Part shown: positions 36,911 to 44,111 of the stretch, in pieces | Layout of the letters: each line of letters begins with the position of its first letter | Numbering within the stretch: the stretch's first letter is position 1 | NCBI GenBank assembly: GCA_934454405.1 | Contig: CAKSFN010000007.1 | Span: forward strand, 64,321 to 128,320 | Direction: 5' to 3' | Length of the DNA stretch: 64,000 nucleotides | Source: an uncultured Eubacteriales bacterium | GTDB taxonomy: Bacteria; Bacillota; Clostridia; Oscillospirales; UBA644 | Notes under the pieces: generated by a model | What the model saw: only the letters and a program-made list of their open reading frames with translations | Told to the model about the DNA's origin: nothing | The model's database searches: none | Made by a program: the position numbers and the translations under genes

Positions 36911-37608
36911 GCCCCGTCCCCTTTCGATCGCAGTCGGTAACCGTAGCCCCAAACAGTTTCTATCAATACATCGCTGTCTGCCGCGGAAAGCTTGCTTCGT
37001 ATGCGGCGCAGGGTTTCATCGGTTACTCTCGTTTCCACTTCATCGTTATAGCCCCAGATTTGATTGAGCAGTTCGTCGCGCGACAACGCTTTACCCTCAT
37101 TATGCATCAAAAACAGGAGCATTTTCATTTCGTTCGGAGAAAGAGAAACTATCTTTCCTTTACAGAAAAGCTGCTTTTCCGCTCCCGAAAAGCGAAGATC
37201 TCCAACGGTAACATCTCTGTCCATCGGATTGCCGCCGCGCTCCATTTCAACGCGGCGCAGGAGCGCTTTTACCCTCATCAGAAGCACGGTCGGACGAAAA
37301 GGCTTTGTCAGATAGTCGTCCCCGCCCTGAAGGATGCCGTTGACATAGTCATATTCGGTATCCTTTGCCGTCAGCAGAACTATGGGAACCTTATCCTTTT
37401 CCCGAATAATACGGCAGCAGGTCAGCCCGTCTGTGCCGGGCATCATTATATCCAAAATTACAAGGTCGGCTCGTCTTTTGGAAAACGCGCTTAAAAGCGC
37501 GTCGCCTGTTTCAAACGCGCAAACCTCGTATCCGTCGTTTTCGAGAAAACTCCGAAGCGTTTCTCTTATGTTCTTTTCGTCTTCCGCGATATAGATGAGC
37601 TGTTTCAT
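36907..37608 (-). CDS. OmpR-family response regulator
   Basis: 233 aa with a receiver domain (DLVILDIMMPGTDG) and a winged-helix output domain (TVWGYGYRL). Confidence 0.92.
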   Translation of the reverse strand: MKQLIYIAEDEKNIRETLRSFLENDGYEVCAFETGDALLSAFSKRRADLVILDIMMPGTDGLTCCRIIREKDKVPIVLLTAKDTEYDYVNGILQGGDDYLTKPFRPTVLLMRVKALLRRVEMERGGNPMDRDVTVGDLRFSGAEKQLFCKGKIVSLSPNEMKMLLFLMHNEGKALSRDELLNQIWGYNDEVETRVTDETLRRIRSKLSAADSDVLIETVWGYGYRLRSKGDGA

Positions 37609-37665
37609 AAAGCCTCCGTCAATAAGCCAGAGTCGTGCCGTGCGACACGACTCTGCGCGTATCTC

Positions 37666-38472
37666 TTATCTTCTTTTTTCGCAGACAGAATAATCCTCTT
37701 CGTTCAGATCAAAGGGTATATCCTTTTCATTTGCCGCAATTTTTTCGTCGTATTCGGCATCGACACGATCCCAAAGCTCTGCGTTTCTTTCGAGAATTTC
37801 CGCAATTTTGTCCTCAAGAGCGTCGATTTCATCATAAAGACGGTCTGCGTTTTCGTCGTTTATGCTTGCATAAAGAGTGTCAACTCTTTTTTCAAGAGCT
37901 TCGATTTCCGCGAGGTCGGCAAGGAGAGCCGCTTTTTCCTGCGCGGTCAGAGAAGTCATACCTTTTATGGATTCCTCATAGGTTTCCTCTTTCTCCGTGC
38001 AATGACCGTTAAAGTCTTCTTCGTCGGGGTCAAGGGTCATATCCGGTTCTTTCGCGGCAATTTTTTCGTCGTACTCATCGTTGACGCGCTCCCAAAGTTT
38101 TGCGTTTCTTTCGAGTACCGCAGCGAGTTTGCTGTCAACGGCGTTGATCTCATCATAGAGACGGTCCGCGTTTTCGTCAGTCATGCGGGCATAGATCTCG
38201 TCGATCTTCTTCTCAAGCGTCTCGATTTGTTCAAGGTCGGCGATAAGAGTCGCTTTTTCCTGCTCGTTTAAAGAGGAAAGACCTTTTACAAAGCTTTCGA
38301 AAGACTGCATTCCGCAGCTGTCGGAAGTTTCGCCTGCGGCAACACAGATTTTTTTCTGCGGCTCGGACGCTTTGTTGTCATTTGCGGAAATCACCGCCGC
38401 CGAAGCGATAATGAAGCTCATCGCAAGGACAAGCGCGAGAATGGTAGCAAGAATGGTTTTTTTGTTTTTCAT
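37666..38472 (-). CDS. secreted or anchored protein with two ~107-aa helical tandem repeats
   Basis: 268 aa from ATG 38472, with the N-terminal hydrophobic segment MKNKKTILATILALVLAMSF. The internal duplication is also visible at DNA level (offset 321 nt). Confidence 0.75.
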   Translation of the reverse strand: MKNKKTILATILALVLAMSFIIASAAVISANDNKASEPQKKICVAAGETSDSCGMQSFESFVKGLSSLNEQEKATLIADLEQIETLEKKIDEIYARMTDENADRLYDEINAVDSKLAAVLERNAKLWERVNDEYDEKIAAKEPDMTLDPDEEDFNGHCTEKEETYEESIKGMTSLTAQEKAALLADLAEIEALEKRVDTLYASINDENADRLYDEIDALEDKIAEILERNAELWDRVDAEYDEKIAANEKDIPFDLNEEDYSVCEKRR

Positions 38473-38691
38473 GGCAAGTGCTCCTTTGAATTTATTTGCG
38501 GATTTCCTTTCCGCAATATAATCATAGCACAAAAGGACGCTGTATTCACCGAAAAAACGATTGAAAGTTGTCACAAAACCGTAAGAGTCCGAAAATCGTC
38601 AACGCTTTTCAGATAAATCCGATGAGTTTTCTCTGAAACGGCGGCAACCGGAGAATTATTTTTCAATAAGCCGTTTAACATAGGTTGACTT

Positions 38692-39294
38692 TTATTTTGC
38701 CTCAATCAGCGACTTTATCATACTTTCAAGCGCCGCCTCGCTCATTGCGCCGAGGTGCGTTTTTTTGACGTTTCCGTTTTTATCGATTGCGACCGTAAAA
38801 GGTATCGACAAAGCGTTGTATGCTTTTGCCGCGCTGCCTTCAGTGTCGTAATATACGGGAAAAGTGTAGCCGTTTTCGGAAAGGAATCTTTTTACCGAGT
38901 CAGGCGTTTCTCTGTAACCGTCGCTGAGATCTATCATCATAAATGTGACCTCCGCCTGATACTTCCTATACAGTTTTTCAAAGGCGGGCAGTTCGCTTCG
39001 GCAAGGAGGACACCAAGTCGCCCAAAAATTAAGAATAATGGGTCTGCCGAAGCCTTCCGACAGCGTAACATTCCTGCCTTTTCCGTCGGTCACGGTGAAA
39101 TCGGGCGCGGTCTTCTCTTTACCCGACGCATCGGGTTTTACGGTCTCATCTGCGGATGACGGCGAGGTCGCGCTTGTCGGAGGGTCGGAAGGCGCAGGCG
39201 TCACGGACGACAAATGTCTGTATGCCGCAACGGCGACCGCAACCAGCGCCACGGCCGAGACCGCGAAAAGAATATACTTTAATCCGGACTTCAT
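38692..39294 (-). CDS. TlpA/ResA-like membrane-anchored thiol-disulfide oxidoreductase
   Basis: 200 aa with an N-terminal anchor and the thioredoxin motif WATWCPPCRSE. Confidence 0.9.
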   Translation of the reverse strand: MKSGLKYILFAVSAVALVAVAVAAYRHLSSVTPAPSDPPTSATSPSSADETVKPDASGKEKTAPDFTVTDGKGRNVTLSEGFGRPIILNFWATWCPPCRSELPAFEKLYRKYQAEVTFMMIDLSDGYRETPDSVKRFLSENGYTFPVYYDTEGSAAKAYNALSIPFTVAIDKNGNVKKTHLGAMSEAALESMIKSLIEAK

Positions 39295-39437
39295 ACCTCG
39301 CCGCCTCCTTCGTAAAAGTTATGGCGCAATACTCTCCAGAGACCGCTCCCGACGATCGGTTTTGCAAAACGCTTCTTAAAATCTGAGTCTTCTTTTTTTA
39401 TTCTTAATGAGATTCTCATAAAAACAATCCTTTCCCG

Positions 39438-40091
39438 TTATGAAAAAACAGCCGTTATTGCGTCCATAAGTCCGCACGCCATAAGAATGCCGACAAGAAT
39501 CAGAAAACAGCCGCAAACGATGTTGATAACGCGGTAGTGCTTTTTAATAAAGGTAAACGCCGTGTTCAATTTCTCAATCAACAGCGCGGACAGTAAAAAC
39601 GGCGCTCCGAGACCGAGAGAATAGGTCACAAGCAAAAGAACACCTTTAACCGCCGTTCCGGATGCTCCGGCAAGAGCCAGCGCCGAACCGAGAAACGCGC
39701 CTATGCAGGGCGTCAGGCTGACCGAGTAAATTATGCCGAACAGAAACGCCGACACAACGGTATTCGCCGTCCGTCCGCTTTGCATTCCTTTGAAAAACGG
39801 CAGCTTGATAACTTCAAGATAAGACAGCCCGAAAACAACAATCAGCAGTCCGCCCACGATGTTGACAACCGTTTTGTATTCTTTCAGAAAAGCGCCGAGC
39901 GTGCCCGCGAAAAGTCCGAGAAGACTGAACACAACGGTAAAACCGAGTATAAAGCTGAAGGCTCTCAAAAACACCTTGTGTTTTTTGTCCGCCCCTCCGG
40001 CGAAATATGAGATATACAGCGGCAGCATGGGCAGCATACAGGGCGATATAAATGAGATAAAGCCCTCCAAAAACGTAATAACAAATTCCAT
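39438..40091 (-). CDS. ccdA: CcdA/DsbD-family thiol-disulfide electron transporter
   Basis: 217 aa, six-TM type, with conserved Cys residues in FISPCMLPMLP and LTPCIGAF. Confidence 0.9.
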   Translation of the reverse strand: MEFVITFLEGFISFISPCMLPMLPLYISYFAGGADKKHKVFLRAFSFILGFTVVFSLLGLFAGTLGAFLKEYKTVVNIVGGLLIVVFGLSYLEVIKLPFFKGMQSGRTANTVVSAFLFGIIYSVSLTPCIGAFLGSALALAGASGTAVKGVLLLVTYSLGLGAPFLLSALLIEKLNTAFTFIKKHYRVINIVCGCFLILVGILMACGLMDAITAVFS

Positions 40092-40109
40092 AAACAGCTC
40101 CCGAGTTTT

Positions 40110-41189
40110 TTAATTGAAAACGGACAGCAGATATCCGTAACCTTCGCTCTCCATTTTTTCATACGGAACAAAACGCAGCGCGGCGCTGTTTATGCAGTAA
40201 CGCACGCCGTTCGGAGAATCGGGGTCTCCCGTGAACACGTGCCCCAGATGTGAATCGCCTGCGCGACTGCGCACCTCCGTGCGGTTCATTCCGTAGCTGT
40301 TATCCTGCCTCTCCACAACGGCAGGCGCTTCAATAGGCTTGGAAAATGCCGGCCAGCCGCAGCCGCTTTCAAACTTATCCGAGGAGGAAAAGAGAGGCTC
40401 GCCCGTCACGACATCAACATAAATCCCTTTTTCAAACTTGTTCCAGAACTCATTGTTAAAAGCTCGTTCCGTTCCGTTTTCCTGTGTGATGCGGTACTGC
40501 TCCGCCGTCAGCTTTTCGCGTATAGCTTCTGTCGCGGGCTTTTTATAATCGCCCGGGTCGATCTTCATTTTTGAAAACAATTCGATTTCCTCGCGTGGTA
40601 TATGACAGTAGCCGTTCGGATTTTTTTCCAGATAATTCTGATGATATTCCTCTGCCGGATAGAAGTTCAAAAGAGGGCCGAACTCCACAAAAAACTCATT
40701 GCGGCGGCTTTTTTCAAGGTCGTAAATCCGCTGTGCGGCTTCCCGTGCCTTATCGTTTGTATAATATATACCCGTCTGATACTGACTTCCGACATCATTT
40801 CCCTGTCGATTTTGTTTTGTCGGGTCTATAACATAAAAATAAGCAAGCAGCAATGCGTCAAGACTTACTTTTTCGGGGTCATATTCCACTCTCACGGTCT
40901 CTCGAAATCCAGTTTCACCGGAACATACCGTCTTATACTCGGCGTCCGCCTTGCATGTTCCGTTTGCATAGCCGCTTTCGGCGTCGATAACTCCTGGGAT
41001 TGACTGCATCAGATGCTCAATTCCCCAAAAACAGCCGCCGGCGAGATAAATCACATTTTCACGTTCATTCGAAAAATCCATACGCTCAATCTCCGCATTT
41101 TTTTTATTGTCAGTTGAATTCATACCGCAACCCGATAAAAAAAGAGAAGCGGAAAGCAACAGTATACAAAATTTTGATAAGTGTTTCAT
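40110..41189 (-). CDS. msrAB: lipoprotein-type bifunctional methionine sulfoxide reductase MsrA-MsrB
   Basis: 359 aa with a lipobox (LFLSGC), the MsrA motif GGCFWG, and the MsrB motifs GCGWPAF and RYCINS. Confidence 0.92.
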   Translation of the reverse strand: MKHLSKFCILLLSASLFLSGCGMNSTDNKKNAEIERMDFSNERENVIYLAGGCFWGIEHLMQSIPGVIDAESGYANGTCKADAEYKTVCSGETGFRETVRVEYDPEKVSLDALLLAYFYVIDPTKQNRQGNDVGSQYQTGIYYTNDKAREAAQRIYDLEKSRRNEFFVEFGPLLNFYPAEEYHQNYLEKNPNGYCHIPREEIELFSKMKIDPGDYKKPATEAIREKLTAEQYRITQENGTERAFNNEFWNKFEKGIYVDVVTGEPLFSSSDKFESGCGWPAFSKPIEAPAVVERQDNSYGMNRTEVRSRAGDSHLGHVFTGDPDSPNGVRYCINSAALRFVPYEKMESEGYGYLLSVFN

Positions 41190-41225
41190 GCCGTTTCCTC
41201 CGAAAGATGCGTATTCCCGTTATTT

Positions 41226-41480
41226 TCAGGGGGTATTCCCGTCGGAATCCCCGTTCTGTTTGTCATCGGTTGAGAAGGCTTTTGAAGGGAGGATAAGTAT
41301 TCCGACAAGAAGTCCGAAAACAGCGCCGATAACGGTGCTGAAATACGGGTTTCCCGTTATGGAACAGCTTCCCGACCCGCATCCGACAAAGCGGTAAAGC
41401 AAAAATCCTCCGACGGCGCCGAGAACGGCGAACGCAATATAAAGGAGAAAAAATATAATTTTCCCGTTACGCTTTTTCAT
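41226..41480 (-). CDS. small membrane protein with GCGSGSC motif (DUF6132-like, tentative)
   Basis: 84 aa with two helices flanking VGCGSGSCSI. It overlaps the Rrf2 gene end by 14 nt. Confidence 0.6.
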   Translation of the reverse strand: MKKRNGKIIFFLLYIAFAVLGAVGGFLLYRFVGCGSGSCSITGNPYFSTVIGAVFGLLVGILILPSKAFSTDDKQNGDSDGNTP

Positions 41481-41910
41481 CTATCGACGGCTCCTTTCCG
41501 TGTTTCAGTATTTTTCTGTCAATATCGGCCACGGTGATACCGCGCAGACTTTTTCTGCAATGCTCGTCAAGCCGGGCGCAGATGTTTTCCATCACCGAGC
41601 CCATTCCCGACGAAATAAGACACTCCTTATCCATATCCCCGCTGCGCCACGGAGAACCGACAAAATGCGCGTCGATCGCCTCGGCTATCGTTTCCAAAGT
41701 AAGTGTTTCGGCGTCTGCAGCAAAGGCATAGCCACCGGATTTCCCGCCCTTTGCGGTCACAATGCCCGCCTTTTTCAGCTTGGACATAACCTTTCTCACA
41801 AGAACGGGATTGGTGCATACGTTCTGCGCAAGCTCTTCGCTGCTGAGAACTCTTTCCATGTGATTGAGATAAACCAGTGCGTGAACCGCAATACTGAATG
41901 AACTGTTCAT
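41467..41910 (-). CDS. Rrf2-family transcriptional regulator
   Basis: 147 aa with an N-terminal winged HTH (FSIAVHALVYL...SEELA). Confidence 0.85.
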   Translation of the reverse strand: MNSSFSIAVHALVYLNHMERVLSSEELAQNVCTNPVLVRKVMSKLKKAGIVTAKGGKSGGYAFAADAETLTLETIAEAIDAHFVGSPWRSGDMDKECLISSGMGSVMENICARLDEHCRKSLRGITVADIDRKILKHGKEPSIDEKA

Positions 41911-41925
41911 AAGTATTTCTTCTCC

Positions 41926-42372
41926 TCAATCCTTAACCTTTTCATACGGCCAGTCGATTATTCCGCCGAAATCATAAACATTTTCATAACCCAACGCCAA
42001 AAGTTTATTTGCAGCGTCATGGCTTCTCCGTCCGCTTCGACAGTAAACAAGCAAGACGGCTTGTTTGTCCGGCAGTTCCGACGGAGCATCATTGACTATT
42101 GTTTCATTCGGGACAAGAACGGCGCCTTTGATATGTCCCTCGTCGTATTCAGCCTTCGTGCGCACGTCCACAACGGTAACGCCGCCGGCGGACATCATAT
42201 CATAAGCTTCCTTTGCCGATATCTTTTTATACATACCCTTTTCCTTTTCGGTCGCCCCAACGGACGCCTCCGTGTTTTTCGCGCTCTCCGTTTTCTCCTG
42301 ACGGGACGGTATCACGCACGAAGACAGAAGAAAAACAGGCAGAACAACAAAAAATATAAACAACCTTTTCAT
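41926..42372 (-). CDS. rhodanese-domain lipoprotein
   Basis: 148 aa from ATG 42372, with a GGGAGG RBS. It has a lipobox (LLSSC) and the active-site loop CRSGRRS. Confidence 0.85.
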   Translation of the reverse strand: MKRLFIFFVVLPVFLLSSCVIPSRQEKTESAKNTEASVGATEKEKGMYKKISAKEAYDMMSAGGVTVVDVRTKAEYDEGHIKGAVLVPNETIVNDAPSELPDKQAVLLVYCRSGRRSHDAANKLLALGYENVYDFGGIIDWPYEKVKD

Positions 42373-42392
42373 TCGATATCCTCCCTTTTTAA

Positions 42393-42440
42393 CTGTAATT
42401 AAAATTATTACAGCTTCTGTTGTAATTATAATTGTTACAG
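42393..42440. promoter_or_regulatory. two TGTAA(T)-type inverted repeats (candidate Rrf2 operators)
   Basis: CTGTAATTAAAATTATTACAG lies at 42393-42413 and CTGTTGTAATTATAATTGTTACAG at 42417-42440. The second overlaps the -10 element. Confidence 0.55.
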
Positions 42441-42453
42441 CCGCTCTTGTCAA
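42425..42453 (-). promoter_or_regulatory. perfect consensus promoter of the rhodanese-Rrf2-msrAB operon
   Basis: On the minus strand, TTGACA (42453-42448), a 17-nt spacer, then TATAAT (42430-42425). Confidence 0.7.
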
Positions 42454-42525
42454 TAGCCTTTAACGAGAATTAACATTCTTTCCGCAAACAGACTCGCGCC
42501 GAACACAAAAAACATCATCAGCCTC

Positions 42526-42554
42526 AAAAAAAAGGAGCAGGCGAAAACCTGCTC
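42526..42554 (-). terminator. rho-independent terminator (second of a tandem pair)
   Basis: On the minus strand, GAGCAGG, loop TTTTCG, CCTGCTC, followed by a T8 run. Confidence 0.65.
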
Positions 42555-42576
42555 TCAACATAAAACCATATTAAGA

Positions 42577-42623
42577 TAAAAAATCGAGTATTCATAAAGT
42601 CAAACCCCTTATGAATACTCGAT
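42577..42623 (-). terminator. rho-independent terminator of the P-loop protein gene
   Basis: A perfect 15-bp stem: ATCGAGTATTCATAA pairs with TTATGAATACTCGAT. On the minus strand it is followed by a T-run. Confidence 0.75.
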
Positions 42624-42649
42624 ATGATAACAGCTGATAATAATGATAC

Positions 42650-42712
42650 GGTTTCAAATGGTTTCATTTGGTTTCACTCGAAAATGAAACCATAGCGGTG
42701 GAAGTGAAACCA
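42650..42712. repeat. array of five (T)GGTTTCA / TGAAACCA octamers
   Basis: Three direct copies start at 42650, 42660 and 42670 (10-bp phasing). Two inverted copies lie at 42685-42692 and 42705-42712. Confidence 0.8.
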
Positions 42713-42738
42713 TGTTTATCCGTTCGTCATACCGGAAT

Positions 42739-43290
42739 TTATAGATTGAAGGTTTCCTTGATCAATCTTGCAACCTTATCAGGTTCCATATCAGAATTAT
42801 CAATCCTGAGGTAGTTATCAAAAGTAATCTCGCCATCATAACTAACACATCTATGATTTTTGTCAGCATTGATTAAACGCTGATTGGAAGCCTCTATATC
42901 TCTTTTGGAAGCTTTGTGTTTTAGTCTGTTCTCAGAAATGTTCCTTTTCAGTCTGATCTCTTGCGGGGCAATCAGTTCAACATAATAAAAATCCGTCTCG
43001 AATGGTTCAAAGATACTTTTAACATGCTCCAGAGACTCCCATTCTGACGGTAGATCAAAATCCATCATCATTGTAAAAATCATCCCATAGTTATCGGAAG
43101 CTGCAAAGTTCTTGAAAATCGTGTCACGCATTTCCGAGATTGTCTTTCCGTCGTATCTACCGAAAATCTCTATCACCGGTTCGATGGTCATGTGATTGTG
43201 AAAGAGTCTTAAATCCGTTATTTTCATTAGTTCCTGACCAACTGTCATTTTCCCAACAGCAGTATCGCCAATTATAAATAATAGTTTCAT
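42739..43290 (-). CDS. P-loop NTPase/kinase-like protein in a low-GC islet
   Basis: 183 aa from ATG 43290, with a GGAGGTG RBS. It has a Walker A-like GDTAVGKMT motif. The gene looks about 38% GC by eye, against about 50% in the flanks. Confidence 0.75.
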   Translation of the reverse strand: MKLLFIIGDTAVGKMTVGQELMKITDLRLFHNHMTIEPVIEIFGRYDGKTISEMRDTIFKNFAASDNYGMIFTMMMDFDLPSEWESLEHVKSIFEPFETDFYYVELIAPQEIRLKRNISENRLKHKASKRDIEASNQRLINADKNHRCVSYDGEITFDNYLRIDNSDMEPDKVARLIKETFNL

Positions 43291-43354
43291 AAAACACCTC
43301 CACAAATTCCGACCTATCGAATTAACTATATCAGATGATTATGCTGATTGCAAT

Positions 43355-43394
43355 AAAAAGTCCGATGGTTTTGATGCGAAACCATCGGACTTTT
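43355..43394. terminator. bidirectional terminator abutting the tRNA 3' end
   Basis: AGTCCGATGGTT pairs with AACCATCGGACT in a 12-bp stem, flanked by an A-run and a T-run. Confidence 0.75.
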
Positions 43395-43470
43395 TGGTCG
43401 GAGTGACGGGATTCGAACCCACGACCTCTTGGTCCCGAACCAAGCACGCTACCATCTGCGCTACACCCCG
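43395..43470 (-). tRNA. tRNA-Pro (anticodon CGG), CCA encoded
   Basis: The reverse complement folds as a cloverleaf. The acceptor stem is CGGGGTG/CACTCCG. The anticodon stem CTTGG/CCAAG closes the loop TTCGGGA. The T-loop is TTCGAAT and the 3' CCA is encoded. Confidence 0.93.
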
Positions 43471-43482
43471 AAGTGCTCAATC

Positions 43483-43511
43483 ATTATATCATTTTTGACG
43501 GTGTTTGTCAA
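43483..43511 (-). promoter_or_regulatory. perfect consensus promoter of tRNA-Pro
   Basis: On the minus strand, TTGACA (43511-43506), a 17-nt spacer, then TATAAT (43488-43483), about 12 nt upstream of the tRNA 5' end. Confidence 0.75.
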
Positions 43512-43616
43512 GGGCTAAATATGATAAATTGTTGAAGTTTGAAAGAAATCAGATCCGACAACGCGGCGCGTAAGTTTTTGACCGTTATATACGGCTATAT
43601 TCCTTTTAATAAAGAA

Positions 43617-43645
43617 ATCCCCCGACGGTTTTTCCGTCGGGGATC
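43617..43645 (-). terminator. terminator after fucU
   Basis: On the minus strand, ATCCCCGACGG, loop AAAAA, CCGTCGGGGGAT, followed by a T-rich tract. Confidence 0.7.
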
Positions 43646-43659
43646 TCTGTTCTGTCCGA

Positions 43660-44094
43660 TTATTTCGGGATTATAACGCCTTTTTTGAGTATCAGATTAG
43701 CATAAAGCGCGGTTTCGCCCGTTGCGATAACGGCGTATGCCTTTTCTGCGCGGTCATAGAAGGCAAACCTCTCGATATGCCCCATTTTGACCTTGTCGCC
43801 CTCGGAAGCCGTCAGTATTCGGGAGTATTCGTCCCATATAGGAGTCTCGACTTTGTCTCCGGGAACAACTTCCATCAGCATTGCATTCGGGTCGGAATAC
43901 GTATCAAGCGGAAAAACGGACATTATCGCATTCAGAACGTCAGTACCCGTATGAGCGTCGAGCCTGACAACTCTTTTTCCGATAGAATCCGACGGAAAGT
44001 TTCCGTCCGCAAGCACGATTTCATCTCCGTGTCCCATTTCGCTGAGGATTTTCAGTAATTCAGGCGTCAAAAGCGGTGATAAGCCTTTCAGCAT
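43660..44094 (-). CDS. fucU: L-fucose mutarotase (RbsD/FucU family)
   Basis: 144 aa with the N-terminus MLKGLSPLLTPELLKILSEMGHGDEIVLADGNFP, characteristic of FucU. Confidence 0.88.
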   Translation of the reverse strand: MLKGLSPLLTPELLKILSEMGHGDEIVLADGNFPSDSIGKRVVRLDAHTGTDVLNAIMSVFPLDTYSDPNAMLMEVVPGDKVETPIWDEYSRILTASEGDKVKMGHIERFAFYDRAEKAYAVIATGETALYANLILKKGVIIPK

Positions 44095-44111
44095 CAGTCA
44101 GTCCTCCCCTG

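Noticed and set aside
42460-43470. Intact integrative element at tRNA-Pro with an att duplication.
   Set aside because: There is no integrase or excisionase gene, and I found no second copy of the tRNA 3' segment (GGGATTCGAACCC...) at the distal end. Only a compositional islet can be claimed.
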